Shown here piece after piece: positions 29,149-37,661 of a DNA stretch of 64,000 nt; the first letter of the stretch is position 1, and each line of letters opens with the position of its first letter. Source of the DNA: Candidatus Poseidoniales archaeon (lineage in GTDB: Archaea; Thermoplasmatota; Poseidoniia; MGIII; CG-Epi1). The translations under genes and the position numbers were made by a program. The stretch is from contig JBJLCA010000039.1 of NCBI GenBank assembly GCA_045567915.1, positions 1,879-65,878 of the forward strand. The letters are read 5' to 3'. The notes beneath the pieces were generated by a model that worked only from the letters and a program-made list of their open reading frames with translations, did not search any database and was not told the DNA's origin.

Positions 29149-30045
29149 ATGGGGTTGTTAGGCCGTCAATTTAATTTAGAGCGAGAATCAGAAGATTCGT
29201 TGCTCCTTGCGTTTTCAACTTTAACGTTTGCAACCTCTTTATTTGCAGGATACCAAGAAAGCGGTATTGGTAGGCTTATCTCTCTTCCTTTGTTTGGAAT
29301 TGAGTTTCACTTAATTTCTACACCACTTTGGATTATTTCAGGAATACTATGTCTACTTTGCTTGCAACAATTGTTCCACAAAATCTGGACACATGGTGTT
29401 TGGTTGATAGGAATATATTGGTTGACTGCATTCGGAACTACTTTGTTATTTGTAATGTTTGATCAAGGATATGTTTGGTTTGTAGCAAGTTTAATTCTTT
29501 TACTATTAGCAATGTTCATAATGTATTGGATGGTTCTAGAGATATATGCATTAAGGCATAATATAATTAGAGAAGTGCCAGAAGCAGTTTCATTAAGTTT
29601 ATCAGATTGGTTATTATCAGTTCCTTCGTTTTTCTTATCCACCTTTATAAGTTACTATTATTACAGTAAACTTTACCTTCAAGAAGATGGATGGTTTACA
29701 TTTGGCTTTGCTTCAGAAGGATATCTTCTATTTCAGTTTGTAATGTTCTTTTCAGGCATGTATATTTTGTATATTCCACAGAGCTTGCTTGGTGATTATC
29801 TAGAATACAGTGATCTGGATATAAATACAAGTTTTAATGTAGATAGAGAGAAAGTAGAGAAGAGGTTATTAGATTATACTAAAAGTGTGGACGAGGGTAA
29901 GATTCAAGCAACTCTTGTTGATTTGTATAAAATGGCTGAAGGCGATGGAGAGACTTGGTCACAGTTGGGAGAATTCTATCCAGAGTGGAGCGTTGAAGAA
30001 GTTAAACTTTTCATTACCATGCTTGAAGAGTTAACCGAAAAGTGA
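29149..30045 (+). CDS. hypothetical polytopic membrane protein with C-terminal soluble acidic domain
   Basis: About six hydrophobic helices, then a ~80-aa charged C-terminal domain. No recognisable motif. Confidence 0.4.
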   Translation: MGLLGRQFNLERESEDSLLLAFSTLTFATSLFAGYQESGIGRLISLPLFGIEFHLISTPLWIISGILCLLCLQQLFHKIWTHGVWLIGIYWLTAFGTTLLFVMFDQGYVWFVASLILLLLAMFIMYWMVLEIYALRHNIIREVPEAVSLSLSDWLLSVPSFFLSTFISYYYYSKLYLQEDGWFTFGFASEGYLLFQFVMFFSGMYILYIPQSLLGDYLEYSDLDINTSFNVDREKVEKRLLDYTKSVDEGKIQATLVDLYKMAEGDGETWSQLGEFYPEWSVEEVKLFITMLEELTEK

Positions 30046-30155
30046 TTCATTTTTTGAAACAGCACAAAGTATTATATAGAATTTAATCTAAAACGTTGTA
30101 GTGTGTGTTGAATAAATGCATAAAAATCATGCAATAAGCATGAGGAAATTCAATC

Positions 30156-30368
30156 ATGAGTGACATGAATAAACCCGAAATGACGGCCCAAGTACTAGTT
30201 GCTGTAGGAGCAGTATTTTTGTTAATATCTGCATATGTTATGGGAGTATATATTCCAAACCAAAAAGAGTTAGATGATGACTTCGAAAGTAGAACTTCTT
30301 TTGACGGAGATATGACTCTATTCGATGCAACTAAATCAGCTACTCTTTCAAGGAGATTTCAATGCTGA
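30156..30368 (+). CDS. signal-anchor fragment, probably the displaced N-terminus of the following large protein (frameshift)
   Basis: MSDMNKPEMTAQVLVAVGAVFLLISAYVMGV is an N-terminal TM/signal anchor. This ORF overlaps the next ORF, which sits in the +1 frame. Confidence 0.35.
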   Translation: MSDMNKPEMTAQVLVAVGAVFLLISAYVMGVYIPNQKELDDDFESRTSFDGDMTLFDATKSATLSRRFQC

Positions 30369-32670
30369 AAATGCTTTGAATTCTTATGCAGCTGCAGATG
30401 GAACTAATGCTGAAATTGTAGCTAAAGCAGATCCCTCAAAAAGTGATGATGAAAAAACATATTATAATTTCAATGCTTCAGCTTTTACATCAAAAGAGAT
30501 GATTGAAGAAAATAGAATCTTAACATTTACAGATTATAACAATTACGTAGACAGAACAACTTGGGAAACTAAAGATGCAGATGATCCAGAAGATACTTTT
30601 GGATATTCACTTTGGAATCCTAATGAGTTACCTGAGAAGAAGAATACTCAATATCCTAATCCTTTCGTCTCAAGCCACACCAATAACTACATTTATGTAA
30701 GTGAAGAAAAAGTAGGCGGAATTGATTGCTACAAATACACTGCAGACGAAACATTTGAATATTCTAGTGACAGCGTATTAGCATTAAAAGCTAATTTTGA
30801 TGGCTTCCTTCCAGCAGGCGTTGAAGGAACTTCTTATGGAGAAATGCAATACAAGGAAGTAATTTGGGTATCTACTGAAACAGGTCAAGTTGCAGACAGA
30901 GAACTAGATATTGTAGTTAATTTCATTCCAGATCCTAGACTAGCAGTTCTTTTCCAGGCAACAGAATCTCTTGATTCAGTTATCATATATGAAGGTACTC
31001 TAGATGGCGCTAACATCACTGCAGACAGGAGAACTTTTTCATCAGGTTCAATTTTCACAGGGACAGATAATACAACTGGAGCAGAGAGAACATACATGAA
31101 TGCAACAGGTACATTATTAATATCCGGAGAAACAGAACCACGTGTAAATTCAACATTCTTAATTGATACTCACACACAGCAAGCTCAAGTTCAAGCACCA
31201 GATGGCACTTACATTAGTGCAGGTTCGACTTTCTTTAGTATTGGATCAGTTTGTGAGACCTCAACAGTCGATAATTTTACAACATATAATTATCCGAATT
31301 TGTTCTTAACTACACATGTTAATACCTACGAATGTGTTGAAACAACGGCAATTCCAGGATTTATCATTCCGTCAGCCAATGTTGTAGGAAATACATCTGT
31401 ATACCACTACAGATCTGTTGAGACTGATGTTTCCTTTGGTAACCTTGACCAAGACGGTGATGGTGTAGATGATACACCAAATTTACCTGTATTTGACCCG
31501 GTAAATGGATTCTGTATGAATCCTGCAGTTTGTGCAGATAGGCAATGGTCCAGTTTGATTGCTTATGCCTTAACACAAACATCACTTGGTGATCAGGCAC
31601 TTCAAATTCCAATTCGTTCAGACTCTAACATGACTTTACCGCAATTAGGTACGGTAGAGATGGTAATGTCTGGAGATGCATTACAAGGTAAAAATTTCCA
31701 CCCAATAATTCAATCTAGTTTTGTTGAAATTAATGATTATGCAGCAAATCTCGGAGTAACTAATGAAGACGGCTCACCATTAACTTATGATGATATGCCA
31801 TTTGTTTTAGATACTGCACATCCTTCGTTAGCGCTTGGTGAAGTCGCAGTTCCAGGAAATATGGATGCAATGCTTGCAGGTCAGGCTCAACTAGGTTCTG
31901 AATTCCACCCAACTGTTTTTGCAGGAATCGCAGGTAAAGTAGGGGCAGTGGGAATTAATTTAACTACAGCTCAAGCAATGCCATGGATGATTGCTGGAGA
32001 TATTGATGTAGGTGAGGATGAGAATGTTACCAATGTGATGACTATGCCTTGGAATGCCTATCCCGTTCTTGAAGCTGCAGATTTACCTGTACTTGAAAAT
32101 CAAACACTTCCACTTTTCATGGATTACGAAGAGAATGTAATGCTTGATCCTGTTACAGCGACAGTTTTAGATCAGGACTTCAACATTATAGTATCGATTC
32201 ATTTCCCATGGGGAACTGAAACAATTGTCCAAGCAATTAATGTAGCTTACACAGATAATCAAACCTGGTCCAGTTCAGCTTCGAGATGGACTGCTGAATT
32301 TGGATACACTTTCATTCCAGGAAGTCCTGTTAGAGCAGATAATGCTAACTTCACAATCATGACTCTAAAAGGTGGTTATTCAGATGCAGAAGTAGCAGAT
32401 GCTAAGAAAACTATTGAAGATACTAGCTCAGCATTAAGTTCAGCTAGAACAATTCCAATGGTGCTTATTGGTGTGGCTTTGGTTAGTTTGATGGGTGGTT
32501 TCTATGTATACTACCAAAATAACCAAGGTGAAGGCATGACTTCAGGAATGGATGATAGTTCTTCTGAAGAATCAGCACCAAGCATGGCAGTAACTGAAGA
32601 GGATTCTGAGGAAGAAGCTGAAGATTCTGGCGATGATTCTGAAGAAGAATCAGGTGACTCCGACGAATAG
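30325..32670 (+). CDS. large extracellular protein with C-terminal TM and acidic cytoplasmic tail; lacks its own signal peptide
   Basis: 781-aa ORF rich in N-x-S/T sequons. C-terminal TM (IPMVLIGVALVSLMGGFYVYY) then an E/D/S-rich tail. The upstream in-frame region is closed by a TGA at 30313. Confidence 0.55.
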   Translation: MQLNQLLFQGDFNAENALNSYAAADGTNAEIVAKADPSKSDDEKTYYNFNASAFTSKEMIEENRILTFTDYNNYVDRTTWETKDADDPEDTFGYSLWNPNELPEKKNTQYPNPFVSSHTNNYIYVSEEKVGGIDCYKYTADETFEYSSDSVLALKANFDGFLPAGVEGTSYGEMQYKEVIWVSTETGQVADRELDIVVNFIPDPRLAVLFQATESLDSVIIYEGTLDGANITADRRTFSSGSIFTGTDNTTGAERTYMNATGTLLISGETEPRVNSTFLIDTHTQQAQVQAPDGTYISAGSTFFSIGSVCETSTVDNFTTYNYPNLFLTTHVNTYECVETTAIPGFIIPSANVVGNTSVYHYRSVETDVSFGNLDQDGDGVDDTPNLPVFDPVNGFCMNPAVCADRQWSSLIAYALTQTSLGDQALQIPIRSDSNMTLPQLGTVEMVMSGDALQGKNFHPIIQSSFVEINDYAANLGVTNEDGSPLTYDDMPFVLDTAHPSLALGEVAVPGNMDAMLAGQAQLGSEFHPTVFAGIAGKVGAVGINLTTAQAMPWMIAGDIDVGEDENVTNVMTMPWNAYPVLEAADLPVLENQTLPLFMDYEENVMLDPVTATVLDQDFNIIVSIHFPWGTETIVQAINVAYTDNQTWSSSASRWTAEFGYTFIPGSPVRADNANFTIMTLKGGYSDAEVADAKKTIEDTSSALSSARTIPMVLIGVALVSLMGGFYVYYQNNQGEGMTSGMDDSSSEESAPSMAVTEEDSEEEAEDSGDDSEEESGDSDE

Positions 32671-32715
32671 AAGTAAATAAATTTAAATTTATATACTGAT
32701 GAATAAGTCGCAGTT

Positions 32716-33759
32716 ATGATTAATCTACCCCAGTTTGTGACAGATAGAAAGAGACTATTCCTTTCAATATCGGTTGTACTAGTTTTACTTCTACCTGCCA
32801 TTTGGTTTGGATTAGGTCACGTTATCGCTAAGCAAGCTTTGACAGTACCTCACGGTTGTGGTCTTTGGGAATCCAATACTCCAACAAATTGGACAGTGGA
32901 TGATGATTGGGAGTCTTTTGAGCCTTGGGCAGATTCGGAACAACGAATATCAATGCGGAAGGATTTCAACGCAACTTCTTGGCAGTTTGATTCGTATGAA
33001 ACAATAAACTTTACAAGCAGAGATGGAATTAATCTTGAAGGTTGGTATGTTGAGGTAAATTCCTCATCACCAGTAGTTATTTTTGTTCATGGTGGCTATG
33101 AAAACGGCAAATGTAAGCCAGAGATTTTACTCTCAGCTTCATACTTGTCAAAGAATAATATCAATGTTTTCATGATTGATCTTCGAAATCATGGCCACAG
33201 TGAAGTAGTTTCAGACTATTTTTATCTAGGTCAGAAAGAATATTTGGATGTTCTAGGAGCTTACGATTGGTTAGTTGAAGATAAATCCTACAATCCTCAG
33301 TCAATCGGAATTGTTAGTATTTCGACTTACGCTTTAGCATCAACACTTGCTTTCGATGAATCAGAGATAGGAGCAATGTGGTTAGATAGTCCAATAATAG
33401 ATTTCCCTCTTTTGGTTGGGAATGAACTAGAAAGGCTTGGTTTCCCTAGGATGCTTGCATCACCTGCAATAACTATGGGTGAAAGGTTAGTTGGAGTGAA
33501 TATAGATGATAAGGTTCCTTTAGAAGTAGCCTCAAGGGCTGGAGATAGGCCAATGTACCTAGTCCATGGTGATAGCGATGTAAGAATATCCAACGAGCAT
33601 TCCAAGAAATTTTATAATAAAGCTGTAGAAGCTGAAGCTAATGTTACTTTATGGTTGGTTGAAGACAGCGCTCATGTAGATGCACTCTGGCAATATTCTT
33701 CCGATTATGAATCTCGTATTGTTACTTTCTTTACAGATTCTCTTATAATTGAATCTTAG
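32716..33759 (+). CDS. membrane-anchored alpha/beta-hydrolase fold protein
   Basis: N-terminal TM (LFLSISVVLVLLLPAIWFGL). PVVIFVHGGYENG, then a loop-helix and C-terminal HGDSD...AHVD, consistent with the alpha/beta hydrolase (DLH/peptidase S9-like) topology. The nucleophile motif is not canonical. Confidence 0.5.
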   Translation: MINLPQFVTDRKRLFLSISVVLVLLLPAIWFGLGHVIAKQALTVPHGCGLWESNTPTNWTVDDDWESFEPWADSEQRISMRKDFNATSWQFDSYETINFTSRDGINLEGWYVEVNSSSPVVIFVHGGYENGKCKPEILLSASYLSKNNINVFMIDLRNHGHSEVVSDYFYLGQKEYLDVLGAYDWLVEDKSYNPQSIGIVSISTYALASTLAFDESEIGAMWLDSPIIDFPLLVGNELERLGFPRMLASPAITMGERLVGVNIDDKVPLEVASRAGDRPMYLVHGDSDVRISNEHSKKFYNKAVEAEANVTLWLVEDSAHVDALWQYSSDYESRIVTFFTDSLIIES

Positions 33760-35375
33760 TCTTCACCCATGAACGGATATTTCCAATCATGGATCTTTAG
33801 AGTATTTCTTTTGACAGATCTTGGGGAAATCCATCTTAATAAGTTCAGTGGTCCGCCAGCTTTGTCATTAGTTCCTGAAGCTCTAGCACCTCCGAAAGGT
33901 TGCTGGGCAACAACAGCACCAGTAGGTTTGTCATTGATATAGAAATTACCAGCAGTGAATCTTAATTTATCATATGCTTTTTGAATATTTTCTTCACTAC
34001 TTGAAAATATAGATCCAGTTAAAGCATATGGTGAAGCTTTATCACATAAATCCAAGACATCTTCAAAATCATCATCTTCGTATATGTAAATAGTCAAAAC
34101 AGGCCCAAATATCTCCTCAACCATAGTTTCTGAATTTGGATTTTCAGTCAATATGATTGTAGGTTCTATGAACCAACCAGTTTTATTATCGCATTTTCCG
34201 CCAGTTATTACTTTACAATCTGAGTCATTAGCAGCTCGATCGATATATCCTTTTATTTTGTTAAAAGCTCTGTCATCGATAACTGCAGTCATGAAGTTAG
34301 AGAAGTCGGAAGCATCGCCCATTTTTATTTTTTCAACTTCAGAGACTAAATCATTGCCCATACTTTCCCAAACAGTTCTTGGGACGTATGCTCTACTAGC
34401 TGCAGAGCATTTCTGTCCTTGGTATTCGAATGCACCTCTTAGGAGTGCAACCAATAGCCCTCTTCGGTCACAGTCAGGATGAGCTACAACGAAATCTTTA
34501 CCTCCAGTTTCACCAACTATTCTTGGATAACTTCTTAGATTAGGTAAAGCTTCAGCTATGCGTTGCCAGATACCTTGGAAAACTGCAGTCGATCCAGTAA
34601 AGTGAAGTCCTGCAAAATCCGGATTTGACAAACAAACTTCAGTTATTTCTGAACCTGATCCAGGAAGGAAATTAATAACTCCAGCAGGTAGCCCCGCTTC
34701 CATCATCAGTTCCATTAGTAAATAATTAGAATGGTAAGAATTGCGGCTTGGCTTCCATAGGGCAGTACATCCAACAATGGCTGGAGCACTTGGAAGATTT
34801 GCAGCTATGCTAGTAAAATTAAACGGAGTTACAGCTAATACGAATCCTTCAAGAGGTCGAATTTCAGTTGTATTAAGATTACCTTCAGGCGAAACTAATG
34901 GTTGGTATTGTTCATGAAATTCTCTCACATAGTGGGCGTTAAACTTCCAAAAGTCTATCAATTCACAAGCTGCGTCAATTTCAGCTTGAAAAACAGTCTT
35001 ACTCTGGTTAAGCATTGTAGATGCGTTAATTTTCATCCGCCACTTTCCGGCAAGAAGCTCAGCACATTTTTCAAATATTTGTGCACGTTTATCCATCCCT
35101 AGGTTAATCCAATCGTTTTGGGCATTAATTGCTGATTTACAGGCTTTTTCAATTTCTTTCTTACCTGCAAGGTGGACCTTTGCAAGTACATGATTGTGAT
35201 TGTGAGGTACTACTTGTGTTACAGTATTATCTGTGTAAATTTTTTCTCCATTTATTATGCACGGAATCTCAATAACTTCTCTCATTTGTTTGTTTAATTC
35301 TTTCAGTAAAGACTCTTTTTCAGTACTTCCAGGTTCGTACCCTAGAATAGGTTCATTGGTTGGATGAGAACTCAT
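33756..35375 (-). CDS. delta-1-pyrroline-5-carboxylate dehydrogenase (ALDH4-like aldehyde dehydrogenase)
   Basis: N-terminal region (EPGSTEKESLLKELNKQMREVIEIPCIINGEK) resembles eukaryote-type P5CDH. ALDH motifs FTGSTAVF and GETGGKDFVV. ATG at 35375 preferred over the TTG at 35396. Confidence 0.8.
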   Translation of the reverse strand: MSSHPTNEPILGYEPGSTEKESLLKELNKQMREVIEIPCIINGEKIYTDNTVTQVVPHNHNHVLAKVHLAGKKEIEKACKSAINAQNDWINLGMDKRAQIFEKCAELLAGKWRMKINASTMLNQSKTVFQAEIDAACELIDFWKFNAHYVREFHEQYQPLVSPEGNLNTTEIRPLEGFVLAVTPFNFTSIAANLPSAPAIVGCTALWKPSRNSYHSNYLLMELMMEAGLPAGVINFLPGSGSEITEVCLSNPDFAGLHFTGSTAVFQGIWQRIAEALPNLRSYPRIVGETGGKDFVVAHPDCDRRGLLVALLRGAFEYQGQKCSAASRAYVPRTVWESMGNDLVSEVEKIKMGDASDFSNFMTAVIDDRAFNKIKGYIDRAANDSDCKVITGGKCDNKTGWFIEPTIILTENPNSETMVEEIFGPVLTIYIYEDDDFEDVLDLCDKASPYALTGSIFSSSEENIQKAYDKLRFTAGNFYINDKPTGAVVAQQPFGGARASGTNDKAGGPLNLLRWISPRSVKRNTLKIHDWKYPFMGED

Positions 35376-35451
35376 AATTTGTTTATTGAAGCTCAATTAA
35401 TATTAGTTGTCTTAGAGAGATATCTTTAATTCAGCAATACAATAGCATGAT

Positions 35452-35637
35452 ATGGCAAGAATAGATGTCAAAGACAAGGACCCCTTTGCTCATGCAGATG
35501 ATGAGCCAAAAGATAACATATCTACAGGCGGATTTATTTTTAGAGCGTTATTTAGATATTTGAGAATTTTTATATTCTTCTATGGAATTACAGCAATTGT
35601 CTATTATTTTGTGTTTGGAACCCTACCTGGTTTTTGA
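35452..35637 (+). CDS. small hypothetical membrane protein
   Basis: 61-aa ORF with one strongly hydrophobic C-terminal segment. No other support. Confidence 0.25.
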   Translation: MARIDVKDKDPFAHADDEPKDNISTGGFIFRALFRYLRIFIFFYGITAIVYYFVFGTLPGF

Positions 35638-35643
35638 ATAGGA

Positions 35644-36420
35644 TTAACTTTCGTATTTCTCAGCTGAATCGTATAGACTATCAAAGATTAATCTAGCAAG
35701 TCGAGCCAATTCAGGTTGGTTCATCCACATACCTAGAAGTGTGTTTTCAGATTCAGGAACATCTAATCCACCTACACAAAATTCACTATTATCTATTAGT
35801 ATAATTCCTGCAGCAGGTATTGATCTTGCTAATTTAACTTCAAAATACCCTTCTAAGCGGCTTAAATCTAAGTTATTTTCTTTATCTGGAAATAACATTC
35901 TGACTTTTATTCCTCGACCACTTGCGTCGGAAAAAGCTCTACAAACATTTCGTGGCATTTCAGAAGGAAGTATGGCTGCGATAACATCAATGGTTTCATT
36001 CGCCCTCTCGCACATGTCAACTACTTGTGAAAATATATCCATGTCTTTTACAGTTAGTGTTTCTAAGTAATCTACGGGTTTTGATTTGAATAACGGAGCC
36101 AGTTCTTCATCTACTAATTTAGATGCATTTTGTATTGACTTTAATTTTCTATCAGATATTTCTTTAGGGTCGACTGGGAAATAGGTTTTAGGGTGCTTAT
36201 TACCTTCAACTACAATTCCTTCGGCCAGAAGATTATCAATAATTCCATAAATCTTTGCTCTTGAAAAGTTTATAGATCTACTTATTTTACCAACAGTAGA
36301 TTCTTTTGATACAAGAAGTACGTGGTAAACATGAGCTTCATCCTTTGATAATCCTAATTGAGTTAATATTTTAATTTCTTTTTCAGATTTTACTTTGTCG
36401 CTTTGACTTAGGCCTCGCAT
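35644..36420 (-). CDS. TrmB-family transcriptional regulator
   Basis: N-terminal winged HTH (EAHVYHVLLVSKESTVGKISRSINFSRAKIYGIIDNLLAEG) and a C-terminal TrmB-like effector domain. Divergent from the beta-oxidation operon. Confidence 0.7.
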   Translation of the reverse strand: MRGLSQSDKVKSEKEIKILTQLGLSKDEAHVYHVLLVSKESTVGKISRSINFSRAKIYGIIDNLLAEGIVVEGNKHPKTYFPVDPKEISDRKLKSIQNASKLVDEELAPLFKSKPVDYLETLTVKDMDIFSQVVDMCERANETIDVIAAILPSEMPRNVCRAFSDASGRGIKVRMLFPDKENNLDLSRLEGYFEVKLARSIPAAGIILIDNSEFCVGGLDVPESENTLLGMWMNQPELARLARLIFDSLYDSAEKYES

Positions 36421-36539
36421 ACGGTTACATAATTATGTACCTATTTAAAATGTCAGTTTAGTCACAAAGTATATAAATGTTTTATTAATTTAATCTGTTT
36501 CCTTAGTTTTATATACTAAATGTATATTGTAAAATTAAG

Positions 36540-37661
36540 ATGAGTAGTGACGTAGCAATTTGTGGCTTTGTTCGTTCGCCTTTTACTCCGGCTAAAAGGG
36601 GAGGTTTATCGAAAGTTAGACCTGATGATTTGGCAGCAGGCGTAGTTAATGGTTTGATTGAAAAGTATTCGGTAAATGTGGATGATATTGAAGATTTGAT
36701 ATTAGGTTGCGCTTTTCCAGAGGCGGAACAAGGAATGAATTTAGCTAGAAATGTAGTATTTTTATCTCAATTACCTAACAGTGTTGGTGGAGTTACAGTG
36801 AATAGGTTTTGTGCATCCTCAATGCAAGCCATTCATCAGGCAGCTGGAGCTATAAATTCAGGTTCGGGAGAGCTGTTCATAGCTGGTGGTGTTGAGTCAA
36901 TGAGCCGTGTTCCAATGCCAGGTTTCAATCCAATGCTCAATCCAAGTTTAATTGATGTTGACGCTTACATTGGGATGGGACATACAGCAGAAAATTTGGC
37001 TAAGAAACATTCTATTTCTCGTGAGGATCAAGAGGCAATGGCTCTTGAGAGTCATCAAAAAGCAACAGAAGCACAAGAGAAAGGTAAATTTAAGGAAGAA
37101 ATTATTCCAATTAAGGGAGTCAACGATGACGGCTGTGTTCGACCTGAAACCTCACTCGAGTCCATGGCTAAGTTGAAACCAGCTTTTGACAAGGAAGGAG
37201 TTGTTACGGCTGGAACCTCATCACCTTTGACAGACGGTGCAGCTGCAGTTATTGTATGCTCAAAGGAATATGCTGAAAAGAATAATTTGAATATTATGGC
37301 CTATATTAGAGGAATGGCAATCTCAGGTTGCGATCCAGAAGTTATGGGTATCGGACCAGTTAAGTCTTCACAAAAAGCTCTTGAAAGGGCAGGAATCAGC
37401 TTAGAAGACGTTGATGTTATTGAAATGAATGAAGCTTTTGCAGCTCAGAGTTTAGCATGTGTTAAAGAATTAGGTATTGATATGTCGAAATTGAACATGC
37501 ACGGCGGTGCAATTTCCATGGGTCATCCTTTGGGAGCTAGTGGTGCTAGAATTACAGGAAAAGCAGCCTCTCTTTTGAAAGAGACTGGCAAAAAGTATGC
37601 TCTTTCAACAATGTGCGTTGGCGGTGGGCAAGGTTGTGCAACAGTTCTAGAAAGGGCTTAA
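36540..37661 (+). CDS. acetyl-CoA C-acyltransferase (3-ketoacyl-CoA thiolase)
   Basis: Thiolase active-site contexts NRFCASSMQAI (Cys), GHPLGASGARI (His) and CVGGGQG (Cys). Confidence 0.85.
   Translation: MSSDVAICGFVRSPFTPAKRGGLSKVRPDDLAAGVVNGLIEKYSVNVDDIEDLILGCAFPEAEQGMNLARNVVFLSQLPNSVGGVTVNRFCASSMQAIHQAAGAINSGSGELFIAGGVESMSRVPMPGFNPMLNPSLIDVDAYIGMGHTAENLAKKHSISREDQEAMALESHQKATEAQEKGKFKEEIIPIKGVNDDGCVRPETSLESMAKLKPAFDKEGVVTAGTSSPLTDGAAAVIVCSKEYAEKNNLNIMAYIRGMAISGCDPEVMGIGPVKSSQKALERAGISLEDVDVIEMNEAFAAQSLACVKELGIDMSKLNMHGGAISMGHPLGASGARITGKAASLLKETGKKYALSTMCVGGGQGCATVLERA

Noticed and set aside
30325-30368. Treating 30156..30368 and 30325..32670 as two independent genes
   Set aside because: The small ORF is only a signal-anchor and the large ORF lacks one. 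A frameshifted single gene is the more economical reading. It is kept as a finding rather than asserted.
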